Of a stretch of DNA of 32,000 nt, positions 8,942 to 19,402 are shown piece by piece. The notes beneath the pieces are model-generated. The model was not told the DNA's origin and made no database searches. It saw only the letters and a program-made list of their open reading frames with translations. Numbering within the stretch: position 1 is the first letter of the stretch; the number at the start of each line of letters is the position of its first letter. The stretch spans positions 534-32,533 of the forward strand of contig CAZHYN010000017.1 in NCBI GenBank assembly GCA_964536865.1. Reading direction: 5' to 3'. The translations under genes and the position numbers were made by a program. This DNA is from an uncultured Planctomycetia bacterium (lineage in GTDB: Bacteria; Omnitrophota; Gorgyraeia; Duberdicusellales; 4484-171).

Positions 8942-10921
8942 TCATTTACCTTTTTTAAGAACTTCTTTAAGTTCCCCTATTCTATCTCTTATCTGAGCAG
9001 CTTTTTCGAACTGTAAATTCTTAGCAGCAATAAACATCTCTCTTTCTAAATAAGCAATTGCTTCTATAATCTCTAACTCTTTCTCTTTAAAATCTAATCG
9101 CTCTTTTAACTTTTCTTCTTCACTCAGATATACTTCTATTCCTTCTCTTATAGCCTTCTCCACAGTTTTCGGAGTAATATTATGTCTACGATTATACTCT
9201 AACTGAATTTTTCTTCTTCTCTCACTCTCCTGAATCGCTTTTCTCATAGAATCAGTTACTGTATCTGCATACATTAATACCTTCCCATTTATATTTCTTG
9301 CACATCGTCCGGCAATTTGAATTAAGCTAGTTGTGGAACGTAAAAACCCTTCTCTGTCAGCATCTAAAATCGCTACTAAAGAGACTTCAGGAAGATCCAA
9401 ACCTTCTCTAAGAAGATTTATACCTACAAGACAATCAAATTTTTTGCTCCGTAAGTCTTTTAATATTCTAGCCCTTTGAAGAGTATCTATCTCAGAGTGA
9501 ATATAGGTAACCTTTATACCTTCTTCCCTTAAGAAAGATGCCAACTCTTCTGCCATTCTTTTAGTAAGCGTGGTAACCAATGTTCTTTCTCGCCGAGAAA
9601 CTCTCTTTCGTATCTCCCCCATCAAATCATCTATCTGATTCTTGGTAGATCTTACCTCAATTTCTGGATCAACCAAACCTGTGGGTCTTATAACCTGTTC
9701 CACTACTGTTCCTCCTGATAACTCTATCTCGAAAGAGGAGGGAGTAGCGGAAACAAAAATAACCTGGTTTATAAGCTCCATAAATTCATCAAATCTTAAA
9801 GGACGATTATCCAAACAAGAAGGAAGACGAAAACCATACTCTACGAGGGTTTCTTTACGAGACTTATCCCCTTCGTACATCCCTCTTAATTGAGGAATAG
9901 TAACATGGCTTTCATCGATAATAACCAGGAAGTCTTGAGGAAAATAATCCAAAAGGCAATAAGGACGGGATCCTGGAGGTCTACCGCTTAAATGGCGAGA
10001 ATAGTTCTCTATTCCATGACAGTAACCCATCTCTTTAAGCATCTCCATATCGTAAAGAGTTCTGGTCCGCAGGCGTTCCATTTCTAAGATTTTACCTATT
10101 TTCTTAAAATAGGTTAACCTATCCTCTAACTCCCATTGGATAGTCTTTAAAGCTCTCTCTATCTTATCTTGAGGAATGATAAAATGCTTTGAGGGATATA
10201 TCCCTACTTTATCTAGCTCTGCAATTTTCTTACCTGTCAAAGGATCAAATTCAAAAATCTTATCTATAGCATCTCCAAAGAACTCAACCCTTAAAGCCTT
10301 CTCTCGATAGGTAGGAAAAATATCTACACTATCACCTCTTACTCTAAAAACTCCTCTTTTAAAATCAAAGTCATTTCTTTCGTATTGTAGACTAACTAAT
10401 CTACTCAAGAAAGAATCTAAAGAAGTAGTTTGATTTTTTTGAATATAAAGAATTAACTCCTGGTAATCTTGTGGAGAACCTAAATTATAAATACAAGATA
10501 CTGATGCAACAACAATAACATCTCTTCGAGATACTAAAGAGCTAGTCGTAGAAAGTCTTAATCTATCCAACCTTTCATTTATGGAAGCATCTTTCTCAAT
10601 ATAAGTATCTGTTTCAGGTATGTAACTTTCTGGTTGATAGTAATCATAGTAACTCACAAAGTACTCTACACTATTGTAAGGAAAAAATTCTTTAAACTCT
10701 GCATAGAGCTGGCTGGCTAAAGTTTTGTTATGGGAGATAACTAATGTCGGCTTTTTCACTTTCTCTATCACACAGGCTAAAGTAAAGGTTTTCCCTGAAC
10801 CGGTAACACCCAGAAGAGTTTGAAATCTTTTCCCTTTCTTTACTCCCTCTACCAATTTCTCTATTGCCTGAGGTTGATCCCCAGTAGGTTTAAATTTGCT
10901 TACCAATCTAAACTCATTCAT
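8942..10921 (-). CDS. uvrB: Excinuclease ABC subunit B
   Basis: 659 aa. It has the Walker [11 protein letters not shown], helicase motifs ([14 protein letters not shown]) and a C-terminal UVR domain ([17 protein letters not shown]). Confidence 0.97.
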   Translation of the reverse strand: MNEFRLVSKFKPTGDQPQAIEKLVEGVKKGKRFQTLLGVTGSGKTFTLACVIEKVKKPTLVISHNKTLASQLYAEFKEFFPYNSVEYFVSYYDYYQPESYIPETDTYIEKDASINERLDRLRLSTTSSLVSRRDVIVVASVSCIYNLGSPQDYQELILYIQKNQTTSLDSFLSRLVSLQYERNDFDFKRGVFRVRGDSVDIFPTYREKALRVEFFGDAIDKIFEFDPLTGKKIAELDKVGIYPSKHFIIPQDKIERALKTIQWELEDRLTYFKKIGKILEMERLRTRTLYDMEMLKEMGYCHGIENYSRHLSGRPPGSRPYCLLDYFPQDFLVIIDESHVTIPQLRGMYEGDKSRKETLVEYGFRLPSCLDNRPLRFDEFMELINQVIFVSATPSSFEIELSGGTVVEQVIRPTGLVDPEIEVRSTKNQIDDLMGEIRKRVSRRERTLVTTLTKRMAEELASFLREEGIKVTYIHSEIDTLQRARILKDLRSKKFDCLVGINLLREGLDLPEVSLVAILDADREGFLRSTTSLIQIAGRCARNINGKVLMYADTVTDSMRKAIQESERRRKIQLEYNRRHNITPKTVEKAIREGIEVYLSEEEKLKERLDFKEKELEIIEAIAYLEREMFIAAKNLQFEKAAQIRDRIGELKEVLKKGK

Positions 10922-11789
10922 TTATCTCTAGAGAGAAATCGAAGGAAGGAGGAGAATGAGTAATGCCTCCCACAGATATGAAATCCACTCCCAACCTAGC
11001 TATTTCCTTTACATTTTCTAGATTAACTCCTCCAGAAACTTCAATCTTTACCTGAGGGAAGAACTCATTTCTAAACTCTACCGATTTTCTTATTGCTTTT
11101 AAATTAAAATTATCTAAAAGAATTATGTCCGGCCTAATAAAAACTATCTTTTTAAACTCCTCAAAACTCTCTACCTCTATCTCTATCTTATGATTAGTCT
11201 TACTTCTTATAAGAGAAAATACCTGTTTCAATCTCTCTGTATTCACTTTCCTCTTATGCAATATTTTAGAAGCCCTAAGATGATTATCCTTTATAAGAAT
11301 CCCATCCCATAGTCCCTGGCGATGATTGAAGCCACCACCTATCCTTACTGCATACTTCTCCAATGCTCTCAGAGTAGGCGTAGTTTTCCTGGTATCCATT
11401 ATTTTAACCTTCGTGCCACTTACTCTATTAACAAACTTCCTAGTATAAGTAGCTATCCCAGAAAGAAGAGATAAAAAATTTAAAGCAGTCCTTTCTGCAG
11501 TAAGAATACTGGCAGCTTTGCCTATAATTTGGGCTACTCTATCCCCTCTGATTAGAAGATCTCCATCATTTTTAAAATTCCTAAACTTTAAAGAGAGATC
11601 TAGAATTTTAAATACCTTTTTAGCAATCTCTACCCCACAGAGAATACCTTTATCTTTAGCTAAAATTAATGCTTTAGTCTTTTTGGAGGAAGATATGCAC
11701 AGAGAAGTAGTCAAATCTCCCCTTCCAATGTCTTCCTTAAGGGCTCTCTTTATCAGTTTTTCTGCTAATTTTTTCTCTTCTCTAGTCAT
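10914..11789 (-). CDS. nadC: Nicotinate-nucleotide pyrophosphorylase (quinolinate phosphoribosyltransferase)
   Basis: 291 aa. QPRTase-type sequence includes [30 protein letters not shown] and a C-terminal EVSGG...GVD.ISVG. Confidence 0.9.
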   Translation of the reverse strand: MTREEKKLAEKLIKRALKEDIGRGDLTTSLCISSSKKTKALILAKDKGILCGVEIAKKVFKILDLSLKFRNFKNDGDLLIRGDRVAQIIGKAASILTAERTALNFLSLLSGIATYTRKFVNRVSGTKVKIMDTRKTTPTLRALEKYAVRIGGGFNHRQGLWDGILIKDNHLRASKILHKRKVNTERLKQVFSLIRSKTNHKIEIEVESFEEFKKIVFIRPDIILLDNFNLKAIRKSVEFRNEFFPQVKIEVSGGVNLENVKEIARLGVDFISVGGITHSPPSFDFSLEINE

Positions 11790-14452
11790 GCAAAAATATC
11801 CTTAAGATACTTTAGACGTTGCAGATGGTTAGATAGATCAGTAAACTTCTCTCTTTGTTCTTTCACCTTATCTTGAGGAGCATTCTTTATAAAGTTAATA
11901 TCTTCTAATCTCTTCGATATATTCTTAACATGAACTTCCAGATCATTTATCTTTTTATTTAACCTGGTCACAAACTTCTCTCTGTCAAATGAACTTAAAG
12001 ATAGATTAAATTCTAAATTTTTATTCTTAAAAAGAACCCTTTCTAAATTATCCTTAAGCTCTAATTCTTTTAAATTAGCTAATCGCATAACCCATTTTTT
12101 GCTCAGGGAAACAAAATCTTTACATCTCTTACTTACCTTCATTGTAACTATTAATTTTTCTGAAAAAGGTATACCCAAATCAGCTTTTAGATTTCTTATC
12201 TCTCTTATCATTCTAACTGCCGACTTCATAATTTCTAGTTCCTCATCTTTTAATACTAACTCTACCTTATTTGGCCAACTTGCTACCATAATACTTTCCT
12301 CTAGGTCTAACTCTGTCATTGATCTTATAAGTTGAAAAATATGTTCACTTATAAAAGGCATTACAGGATGGATTAACTTGAGAAAATAAATAAGACAAAA
12401 TATCAACATCTTTGCTTTATGGAGATTAAAATTATCCTTAGAGATTTCTATATACCAGTCACAGAAAATATGCCAAAAAAACTCGTACATTTTTTTGACA
12501 GCCTCGTTTATTTTATAAATCTCCAAATATTTAGTTACTTCCTCTACAGTTTGATTAAGGTGGTAAATTATCCACTTATCAACTAAATCCAGATTATCTT
12601 TTATCTCTAAATCCCTAATAGCAATATTCTCTTCTTTTATTCTAGTAAGGATAAATCTTGATGCATTCCATATTTTATTAGAAAAATTTCTACCTACCAA
12701 AAATTTTTCATCAGAAAGGTAAACATCTGCTCCTGTACTTGCTAACATCATCAGAGAAAATCTTAAGCTATCTGCACCAAACTTCTCAATTATCTCTAAA
12801 GGATCAATAATGTTGCCTAAGGATTTAGACATCTTAAGCCCCTTCTCATCTCTCACTGTACCATGAATAATTACGTTCTCGAAAGGTATTTCTTTTGCAA
12901 ACTCCAAAGAAGCCATAATCATTCTCGCTACCCAGAAGAAGAGAATTTCTGAAGCAGTCACTAAACACGAGGTAGGGTAGAAGTAATCTAATTCGGGTGT
13001 CTGCTTTGGCCAATAGAATACAGCAAACGGCCATAACCAACTAGAAAACCATGTATCTAATACATCTTCATCCTGAACTAAATCTTTGGAACCACACACC
13101 GGACACTCAAGAGGTCTTGTTTTAGAAACGATTATCCCTTGGTTATCAGAAGAGGTATCTTCGCTTAAATTGTTTTGACACCTTTTACAATAATATACAG
13201 GCAGGCGATGCCCCCACCAGATCTGACGAGAAATACACCAATCCTGAATATTGTACATCCAGTTGAGATATACCTTCTTCCATCGAGAGGGGTAAAATTT
13301 TATTTTATCTTCCTCTACTACTTTAATTGCTGGCTCAGCTAATGACTTCATCCTCACAAACCACTGAGTAGAGAGTCTAGGTTCGATTAAAGTACCACAG
13401 CGATAGCAGTGACCCGCGCTTATCTTATGAGGTTCCTCTCTATCAAACAATCTCTCATCTTTCAAAGTCTGTAAAATATTCTTGCGGGCTTCGAATCTAT
13501 CCATCCCAGAGAATTCTTTTGCATTCTCATTCAAAGTAGCATCTTCATTCATTATATTTACAAACTCTAAATTATACTTTTTGGCTAGATTAAAGTCTAA
13601 AGGATCGTGAGCAGGAGTAACTTTAACTAAACCGGTACCAAAGTCGGGATCTACCGCCTCGTCCTCAATAACTCTAAGTTCCCTCCCTATTATAGGAAGG
13701 ATAACTTTTGCATCTTTAAGCCATTTATATCTGGTATCTTTAGGATTGAAAGCCAAAGCAGTATCCCCCAACATCGTCTCTGGTCTAGTTGTAGCTACTA
13801 CTACATACTCTTGTGTTATTTTTGAAGGGCTTTTTTTTACCGGATACTTTATATAATAAAGCCGCCCATCTATCTCCTTGTAAGGAGCTTCCTCATCACT
13901 CAGGGCGGTTTTACACCTTGGACACCAATTAATGATATATTTACCCCGGTATATTAAGCCCTTTTTGTAAAGTCTTACGAATACTTCCTTAACTACTTCA
14001 GAATACTCTTGATCCATAGTAAAACGGGTGCGTGTCCAATCACAACTTGCTCCTAACTTTTTTAGCTGTTCGATGATAGTTGAACCATACTTATGAGTCC
14101 ACTCCCATAGAAGTTTTAAAAACTCCTCCCTACCAATATCTTCTTTTTTTAACCCTTTGTTAGATAAACTTCTTTCCACTACATTCTGGGTAGCAATCCC
14201 TGCATGATCAGTCCCTGGCATCCATAAACTTGCGTATCCTTGCATCCGCTTAAACCTTATCAAAACATCTTGGATAGTATTATTTAACGCATGACCCATA
14301 TGTAAAATCCCTGTTATATTGGGAGGAGGAATAACTATACAGAAAGGCTTTTTGCTAGGATTGGGATAAGAAGAAAAGTAATCCTCCCTCATCCAGAAGT
14401 TGTAGATATTCTCTTCTACTTGCTTAGGATTATACTTTTTCTCTAATTTCAT
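11786..14452 (-). CDS. valS: Valine--tRNA ligase
   Basis: 888 aa. It has the HIGH region PPPNITGILHMGHALN, KMSKS, an editing-domain TTRPETMLGDTA and a C-terminal coiled coil. Confidence 0.97.
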   Translation of the reverse strand: MKLEKKYNPKQVEENIYNFWMREDYFSSYPNPSKKPFCIVIPPPNITGILHMGHALNNTIQDVLIRFKRMQGYASLWMPGTDHAGIATQNVVERSLSNKGLKKEDIGREEFLKLLWEWTHKYGSTIIEQLKKLGASCDWTRTRFTMDQEYSEVVKEVFVRLYKKGLIYRGKYIINWCPRCKTALSDEEAPYKEIDGRLYYIKYPVKKSPSKITQEYVVVATTRPETMLGDTALAFNPKDTRYKWLKDAKVILPIIGRELRVIEDEAVDPDFGTGLVKVTPAHDPLDFNLAKKYNLEFVNIMNEDATLNENAKEFSGMDRFEARKNILQTLKDERLFDREEPHKISAGHCYRCGTLIEPRLSTQWFVRMKSLAEPAIKVVEEDKIKFYPSRWKKVYLNWMYNIQDWCISRQIWWGHRLPVYYCKRCQNNLSEDTSSDNQGIIVSKTRPLECPVCGSKDLVQDEDVLDTWFSSWLWPFAVFYWPKQTPELDYFYPTSCLVTASEILFFWVARMIMASLEFAKEIPFENVIIHGTVRDEKGLKMSKSLGNIIDPLEIIEKFGADSLRFSLMMLASTGADVYLSDEKFLVGRNFSNKIWNASRFILTRIKEENIAIRDLEIKDNLDLVDKWIIYHLNQTVEEVTKYLEIYKINEAVKKMYEFFWHIFCDWYIEISKDNFNLHKAKMLIFCLIYFLKLIHPVMPFISEHIFQLIRSMTELDLEESIMVASWPNKVELVLKDEELEIMKSAVRMIREIRNLKADLGIPFSEKLIVTMKVSKRCKDFVSLSKKWVMRLANLKELELKDNLERVLFKNKNLEFNLSLSSFDREKFVTRLNKKINDLEVHVKNISKRLEDINFIKNAPQDKVKEQREKFTDLSNHLQRLKYLKDIFA

Positions 14453-14460
14453 GTCTATTT

Positions 14461-14489
14461 AATTTACCTTAGGCAATTTTTTCTGTCAA
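14461..14489 (-). promoter_or_regulatory. Sigma70-type promoter placed directly against the valS ATG
   Basis: The minus strand reads TTGACA (14489..14484), a 17-nt spacer, TAAATT (14466..14461), then only 8 nt (AAATAGAC) before the ATG. No SD is visible. Confidence 0.5.
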
Positions 14490-14523
14490 GGACTATTGGG
14501 AAAGTAAAAGAAAATAAACTAGT

Positions 14524-15075
14524 TTATAAGCCTACTCTGTACACAGAGATGAATTCAGGAGGTAAGTAGTCTGCCAATATAACATCGCCTCCCTCATAAA
14601 ACTTTATTCCTTTTTTATAGGCACGCTTAGCTTCTATTTTCAATACCACAACAAAATAGCCTTTTCTTTTCCCTACTCTTACAGCCTCTTCTAAACTCTT
14701 ACTTAAATGAACTTTCTTTCTCCTCATCGGTTTTAATCCTTCCTTTAAAATCGACCTCAAGAAAGTTACATTTGTACCATGGTAAAGGATTTGAGAGGGG
14801 ATAATCGCAGGATAGGTGATTTCAACTTCTATACTGTGGCCGTATAAGGCTCTTATTTTATTTCCTTTTATCTGGAACCTCTTTTTAGAAGATTTCTCTA
14901 CTAAATTTACTATAAACTCCCTATCAGCAAGAGGGAACTTCTTTCTTACTACACTAACTACCTTATTTAAATCTGCATATCCATATTTATCTATTGCTAT
15001 CCCATATCTAGAGGGATTGTGCCTTAAAAGATAACTCATAAATTTTGACACTTGCTTAAGCCTCTTATATACCAA
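14524..15075 (-). CDS. kptA: RNA 2'-phosphotransferase (Tpt1/KptA family)
   Basis: 183 aa. It shows LSYLLRHNP, a central YGHS and LYHGT, with KVHLS typical of KptA/Tpt1. Confidence 0.8.
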   Translation of the reverse strand: MVYKRLKQVSKFMSYLLRHNPSRYGIAIDKYGYADLNKVVSVVRKKFPLADREFIVNLVEKSSKKRFQIKGNKIRALYGHSIEVEITYPAIIPSQILYHGTNVTFLRSILKEGLKPMRRKKVHLSKSLEEAVRVGKRKGYFVVVLKIEAKRAYKKGIKFYEGGDVILADYLPPEFISVYRVGL

Positions 15076-15080
15076 TTACC

Positions 15081-15476
15081 TTATACTAAAACTCTTTTAG
15101 GACGTCTCCCATCAAATTCTCCGTAGAAAATCTGCTCCCATGAGCCAAAATCTAACTTACCCTTTGTTATTGCCACAGTTACCTCTCTACCCATCACTGT
15201 CCTCTGAAGATGAGCACGAGCGTTATCTTCGCCAGTTAAATTATGAAAGTAATCCTTCTGAGGAACTATTTTATCTAACCAACCTCTAAAATCTCTCTTC
15301 AAACCTTCTTCTTCATCATTTATAAATACACTAGAGGTAATGTACATTGAACTTACTAAACATAATCCTTCTTTAATCTCACTTTTTTCTACAATACTCT
15401 CTACTACTTTAGTAATATTTATGAACTCAACTTCGTTTCTAGTGTTGAATGTTAAATATTCCGTATAAACTTTCAT
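15081..15476 (-). CDS. YjbQ/UPF0047 family protein (secondary thiamine-phosphate synthase family)
   Basis: 131 aa. It carries the family signature [46 protein letters not shown]. Confidence 0.85.
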   Translation of the reverse strand: MKVYTEYLTFNTRNEVEFINITKVVESIVEKSEIKEGLCLVSSMYITSSVFINDEEEGLKRDFRGWLDKIVPQKDYFHNLTGEDNARAHLQRTVMGREVTVAITKGKLDFGSWEQIFYGEFDGRRPKRVLV

Positions 15477-16234
15477 TAGGCTACCACATAATTCTTTAAA
15501 GTACCTATACCTTCAACCTTCACTTCTATTGTATCTCCTACTTCCATTGGACCTACCTTAGGAGGGGTCCCGGTAGAGATAACGTCCCCTTCTCTAAGGC
15601 TCATTATTCTGGAAATAAAAGAAAGCAAATGGAAAGGAGAAAAGATCAAATTCGCTGTAGTTGAATTCTGTTTGATCTTCCCATTTAGGTAACTGCTTAT
15701 ACTTAAATTAGAAGGATCTAAATCTGTCTCAACCCATGGTCCTAAAGGACAGAAAGTATCAAAAGATTTTGCTCTCGTCCACTGAACATCTTTTTGTTGA
15801 AGCTCTCTTGCCGTAACATCGTTTAGACAGGTATAACCTAAGATATAATCTCTAGCTTTATCCTGGGGTATATTCTTTCCAGCTTTTCTTATCACAAAAG
15901 CCAACTCTACCTCATAGTCTAACCTCCTAACTCCAGGAGGATAAATTATATTTGCCTCATTTCCTACTAACGATGAAGGAGGTTTTAAAAATATTATAGG
16001 TTCCTTAGGAATTTTCATTTTAAGCTCTTTAGCATGATCTCTATAATTTAAACCAACTAAAATAATCTTAGTAGGCTGTGCAGGAGCCAAAAATTTCTTT
16101 ATTATCTTGGAAGGTAAATTTATACCTGCTAATCTAATTCTATAAAAAGGCGGCTCTCTCAATAATCTAATCTCTTCCTCTTCGAGGATACCCCACCTTA
16201 CCTTTCTTCGATGAAGAAATCTTACCAAACGCAT
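15476..16234 (-). CDS. Fumarylacetoacetate hydrolase (FAH) family protein
   Basis: 252 aa. FAH-fold motifs are [27 protein letters not shown] and a C-terminal GD.I.TGTP.GVG. It shares 1 nt (TAATG) with the next gene. Confidence 0.85.
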   Translation of the reverse strand: MRLVRFLHRRKVRWGILEEEEIRLLREPPFYRIRLAGINLPSKIIKKFLAPAQPTKIILVGLNYRDHAKELKMKIPKEPIIFLKPPSSLVGNEANIIYPPGVRRLDYEVELAFVIRKAGKNIPQDKARDYILGYTCLNDVTARELQQKDVQWTRAKSFDTFCPLGPWVETDLDPSNLSISSYLNGKIKQNSTTANLIFSPFHLLSFISRIMSLREGDVISTGTPPKVGPMEVGDTIEVKVEGIGTLKNYVVA

Positions 16235-16775
16235 TTACTTTTAGTTATCCTCTTTAATTTTTCCTTACACGTTTTACAAAAATTAGTAGACTTCTTGTCA
16301 GTATCTACCAGACTATTAGAAAAATACATAACGCCTCGAGGGTTAGAACAGTGACTTAGGCCAAAACAGTACCCCAGCTCCTGATTTACCTCTTTAAGAA
16401 TCCTTAAGTAAAAAGATCTTTATTAGGCTCTAACCCATAAAACTCATTTTTAAGACGTGGCAATGCAACTACTGCTTTAGAAGAGGTTGCAATACCAAAG
16501 ATAAAATTTAATCCATTAGAATAAAGATCTCTCTATAAGCCCTAACGTCTTAACACATTTAAAATAGGGTTATTTAAGAATACATTCTCCTAAAAACTGG
16601 CTTCTCTCAGAATTAAAACATTCTTCGGGTATTTCTATCTTTTTTATAATATCTATCTTTGAGGTAAAAAGCATCTCTTGTTTTATACCCCCCTATAGCA
16701 ACGAGATTAATTCTAAAGCTTTGTACCCATGCGAAATAACTCACTACTATCAGAAGAATGAAAACGATAAAACAT
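16222..16775 (-). pseudogene. Archaemetzincin (peptidase M54) relic with several frameshifts, in-frame stops and lost zinc ligands
   Basis: No ORF of 60 aa or more lies in this 550-bp gap. Hand translation gives fragments RINLVAIGG / IKQEMLFTSKIDIIKKIEIPEECFNSERSQFLGECILK* / [42 protein letters not shown] / [51 protein letters not shown]. The last fragment fits the archaemetzincin signature HExxHxxGxxxCxxxxCxM...CxxC, but with H>Q, H>Y and C>G. Confidence 0.75.
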
Positions 16776-16778
16776 ACT

Positions 16779-18086
16779 TTACCTATAAAGAGAGTTTATA
16801 ATAAAGGTGAACTCGGGGAAAGACTTATCTATACAGGTTACATCATCAAGATAAAAGCTCTCCTGAGAAGCCATACCAAATATCACTAAACTCATTGCTG
16901 TGCGATGGTCGGAAAAACTTCTAAATTTTACTGAATTTGTTTTCCTTTTACCTCCAACTTCTACCTTCCAGTTCTTTTTCTTATAAGGTGTAGCTTTAAT
17001 ATCTACCCCTGCCTTTTTTAAATTGTAAACCATGGAGCTTAACCTATCCGTCTCTTTTACTTTTAATTCCCTTAATCCCTTAATAATAGTTTTGCCCTTA
17101 GCAAAAGAGGCGCAGACCATAAGAATAGGAAGTTCGTCAATCATTAGAGGGATTTCTTTCTCCTCTACCTCTACTCCTTTAAGCTGAGATGATTTTACTA
17201 AAACATCTCCATAAGGCTCGAAGTAATTCTTTCTGTTGAAGATCTTGATATTCGCTCCCATTCTCTTTAAAACATCCAAAAAACCAACTCTAGTATGATT
17301 TAGACCAACGTTTCTAATCAAAATTTCTGAATCCTTAAGGAGTAAACCTAAAGCAATAAAAAAGGATGCAGAAGATATATCTGAAGGAATAAATATCTTA
17401 CCAGGGGAGACCAGCTTAGATTTTTCAATAGTAATACTATTTGAGACTTTTTTTAGCTTCGCTCCAAATAATTTAAGCATCCTTTCTGTATGATCTCTCG
17501 AACATTGAGGCTCCACTATCTTTGTCCTTCCTCTACAGAATAGAGAAGCAAATATAATGGCGGATTTTACTTGGGCACTGGCCTGAGGCAACTTATATTC
17601 TATTCCAGAAAGGAAATCTGTAGAATCTATTTCTAAAGGAGGATACTCCTCTTTACCTTCAGTCTTACCCTTTATCTTGCCACCCATTAACCTTAGAGGA
17701 TACGTTATCCTCATCATTGGTCTTTTTCTTAAAGAACCTTTAGCGTCTAATAAGGAAGAAAATCTCTGAGCTACAAGAATCCCACTTAATAATCTGATAG
17801 TTGTCCCTGACTCATAAGCATTTAGCTTAACTCTCTTAGAAATCTTAAACAGAGGACCTCGAGAGTTAACTTCTACCTGGCTTCTTCCTTTAATGTATTT
17901 AATCTCTACATTCAACTTTCTTAGACATTCCAAAGTAGCCAGAGTATCTTGACTATCCAAAAAGTTTATAATTTTTGTTTTACCTCTGGCTAACGAACTT
18001 ATTAAAAGTGCTCGATGAGAAATAGACTTATCACCGGGAATAGTTATTTCTTTTTTTACTCTATATATAGGAATTATGGCGTACAT
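16779..18086 (-). CDS. aroA: 3-phosphoshikimate 1-carboxyvinyltransferase (EPSP synthase)
   Basis: 435 aa. It has an N-terminal IPGDKSISHRALL, LGNSGTT-like ESGTTIRLL, and a C-terminal DHRTAMS. Confidence 0.92.
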   Translation of the reverse strand: MYAIIPIYRVKKEITIPGDKSISHRALLISSLARGKTKIINFLDSQDTLATLECLRKLNVEIKYIKGRSQVEVNSRGPLFKISKRVKLNAYESGTTIRLLSGILVAQRFSSLLDAKGSLRKRPMMRITYPLRLMGGKIKGKTEGKEEYPPLEIDSTDFLSGIEYKLPQASAQVKSAIIFASLFCRGRTKIVEPQCSRDHTERMLKLFGAKLKKVSNSITIEKSKLVSPGKIFIPSDISSASFFIALGLLLKDSEILIRNVGLNHTRVGFLDVLKRMGANIKIFNRKNYFEPYGDVLVKSSQLKGVEVEEKEIPLMIDELPILMVCASFAKGKTIIKGLRELKVKETDRLSSMVYNLKKAGVDIKATPYKKKNWKVEVGGKRKTNSVKFRSFSDHRTAMSLVIFGMASQESFYLDDVTCIDKSFPEFTFIINSLYR

Positions 18087-18970
18087 CTTTCTTTAAAGAA
18101 ATTTAAAAACCTTTCAGGGAGAGAGGACTCGAATTCTAAAAACTTACCACTTCTAGGGTGGTAGAGACCTAATTTTTTTGCATGCAATAGTAATTGGCTA
18201 TACCCATCGTTTACTCCATACTTTTTATCTCCCACAATAGGATATCCTAAGAAGTTTAAATGAACTCTTATTTGGTGCATCCTTCCAGTAAAGGGACTTA
18301 AAGAAAGGAAGGTGGCATCTCTTAAATATCTTATCACCTTCAATAAGGTAAGAGCTTTTTTTGAATCTAAAAATCCTACTTTCATTTTAAAAGGATTTCT
18401 TCTATCTCTTGTTAAAGGTAAATCTATTCTTAATTCTTTTTGTTTTATTATCCCCCACACACAAGCACAATACTCCTTTTTCACTAACCTCTCTTTAAAC
18501 TGTCTCAGAAGATTTAAATGAGCAAAATCACTCTTTGCTAATACCATAACCCCTGAGGTTTCCTTATCCAACCGGTGTACCACCCCTCTTCTTAAAAAAT
18601 TAAGCGTAGAAAGTTCTTTCCCCATGTATATTAGAGCATTCACTAATGTCTTTTGATAATTTAAGTTAGGAGGATGTACAACTAAATTAGTCGGCTTATC
18701 TACTATAATAATATCCTCGTCTTCATAAATAATTTTAACATTTAGCTTGAATGGGTCTAATTTTTTTTGCTGTTCACAGTAATCTAGAAGGATTCTATCG
18801 TTAGGTTTTAAAATGTAACTAACTTTAACTTTTTTCCCATTAACTAAGACTTTACCTTCCTGGATGAGGGATTTTATTTTACTCCGAGAGAGATTGAGTA
18901 AATTATCTGCTAAAAATTTATCAAGTCTTAAATTATCTACTCTCTGAGATACTATTAACTTTTTTTGCAT
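18074..18970 (-). CDS. rluD: 23S rRNA pseudouridine synthase, RluA/RluD family
   Basis: 298 aa. It has an N-terminal S4 domain (RLDKFL), the catalytic HRLDKETSG, and MHQIRVH. Confidence 0.9.
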   Translation of the reverse strand: MQKKLIVSQRVDNLRLDKFLADNLLNLSRSKIKSLIQEGKVLVNGKKVKVSYILKPNDRILLDYCEQQKKLDPFKLNVKIIYEDEDIIIVDKPTNLVVHPPNLNYQKTLVNALIYMGKELSTLNFLRRGVVHRLDKETSGVMVLAKSDFAHLNLLRQFKERLVKKEYCACVWGIIKQKELRIDLPLTRDRRNPFKMKVGFLDSKKALTLLKVIRYLRDATFLSLSPFTGRMHQIRVHLNFLGYPIVGDKKYGVNDGYSQLLLHAKKLGLYHPRSGKFLEFESSLPERFLNFFKERCTP

Positions 18971-19387
18971 ACTTTAATATGGAGGGAACTAAATATTATC
19001 AGAGCAACTCCTGTGCTTATGCATAGATCGGAGAAATTAAAAACCGGCCATATCCTTATATCTATGTAGTCTATCACGTAACCATATAAAATTCTATCAA
19101 GAAAATTAGAAAGTGCTCCACCTAAAATTAAACCATAGGCAAACTTTATTAGAAAAGTCTCCATCCTTTCTTTTCTTATAAATACTAAAAATAATACTAT
19201 AAAGGCAAGACTAAGATAAACTAAAAGATTACCTTTATTAGGAAAAATACCAAAAACTGCACCCCTATTAAAGACTATGGTAATATGTAAGATATTTTTT
19301 ATTAAAGGAATGGAGGTATGACCTAAATTTTTAAAATAACTTTTTAGGAGAGAATCTAAAAGAAATACGCAAAAAGAGACAACACAT
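18955..19387 (-). pseudogene. lspA: Lipoprotein signal peptidase II, start separated from the body by a 1-nt frameshift as assembled
   Basis: The tracked ORF (18955..19164) is only the C-terminal part: GGALSNFLDRILYGYVIDYIDIRIWPVFNFSDLCIS. The same frame is open upstream (VFLLDSLLKSYFKN...IVFNRGAVFGIF...) but has no ATG/GTG/TTG. An ATG at 19387 is one frame off. Deleting one base from the run at 19371..19375 gives MCCLFCVFLLDS... as a full-length LspA of about 143 aa. Confidence 0.75.
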
Positions 19388-19402
19388 ACTACCCCATTGG
19401 GA

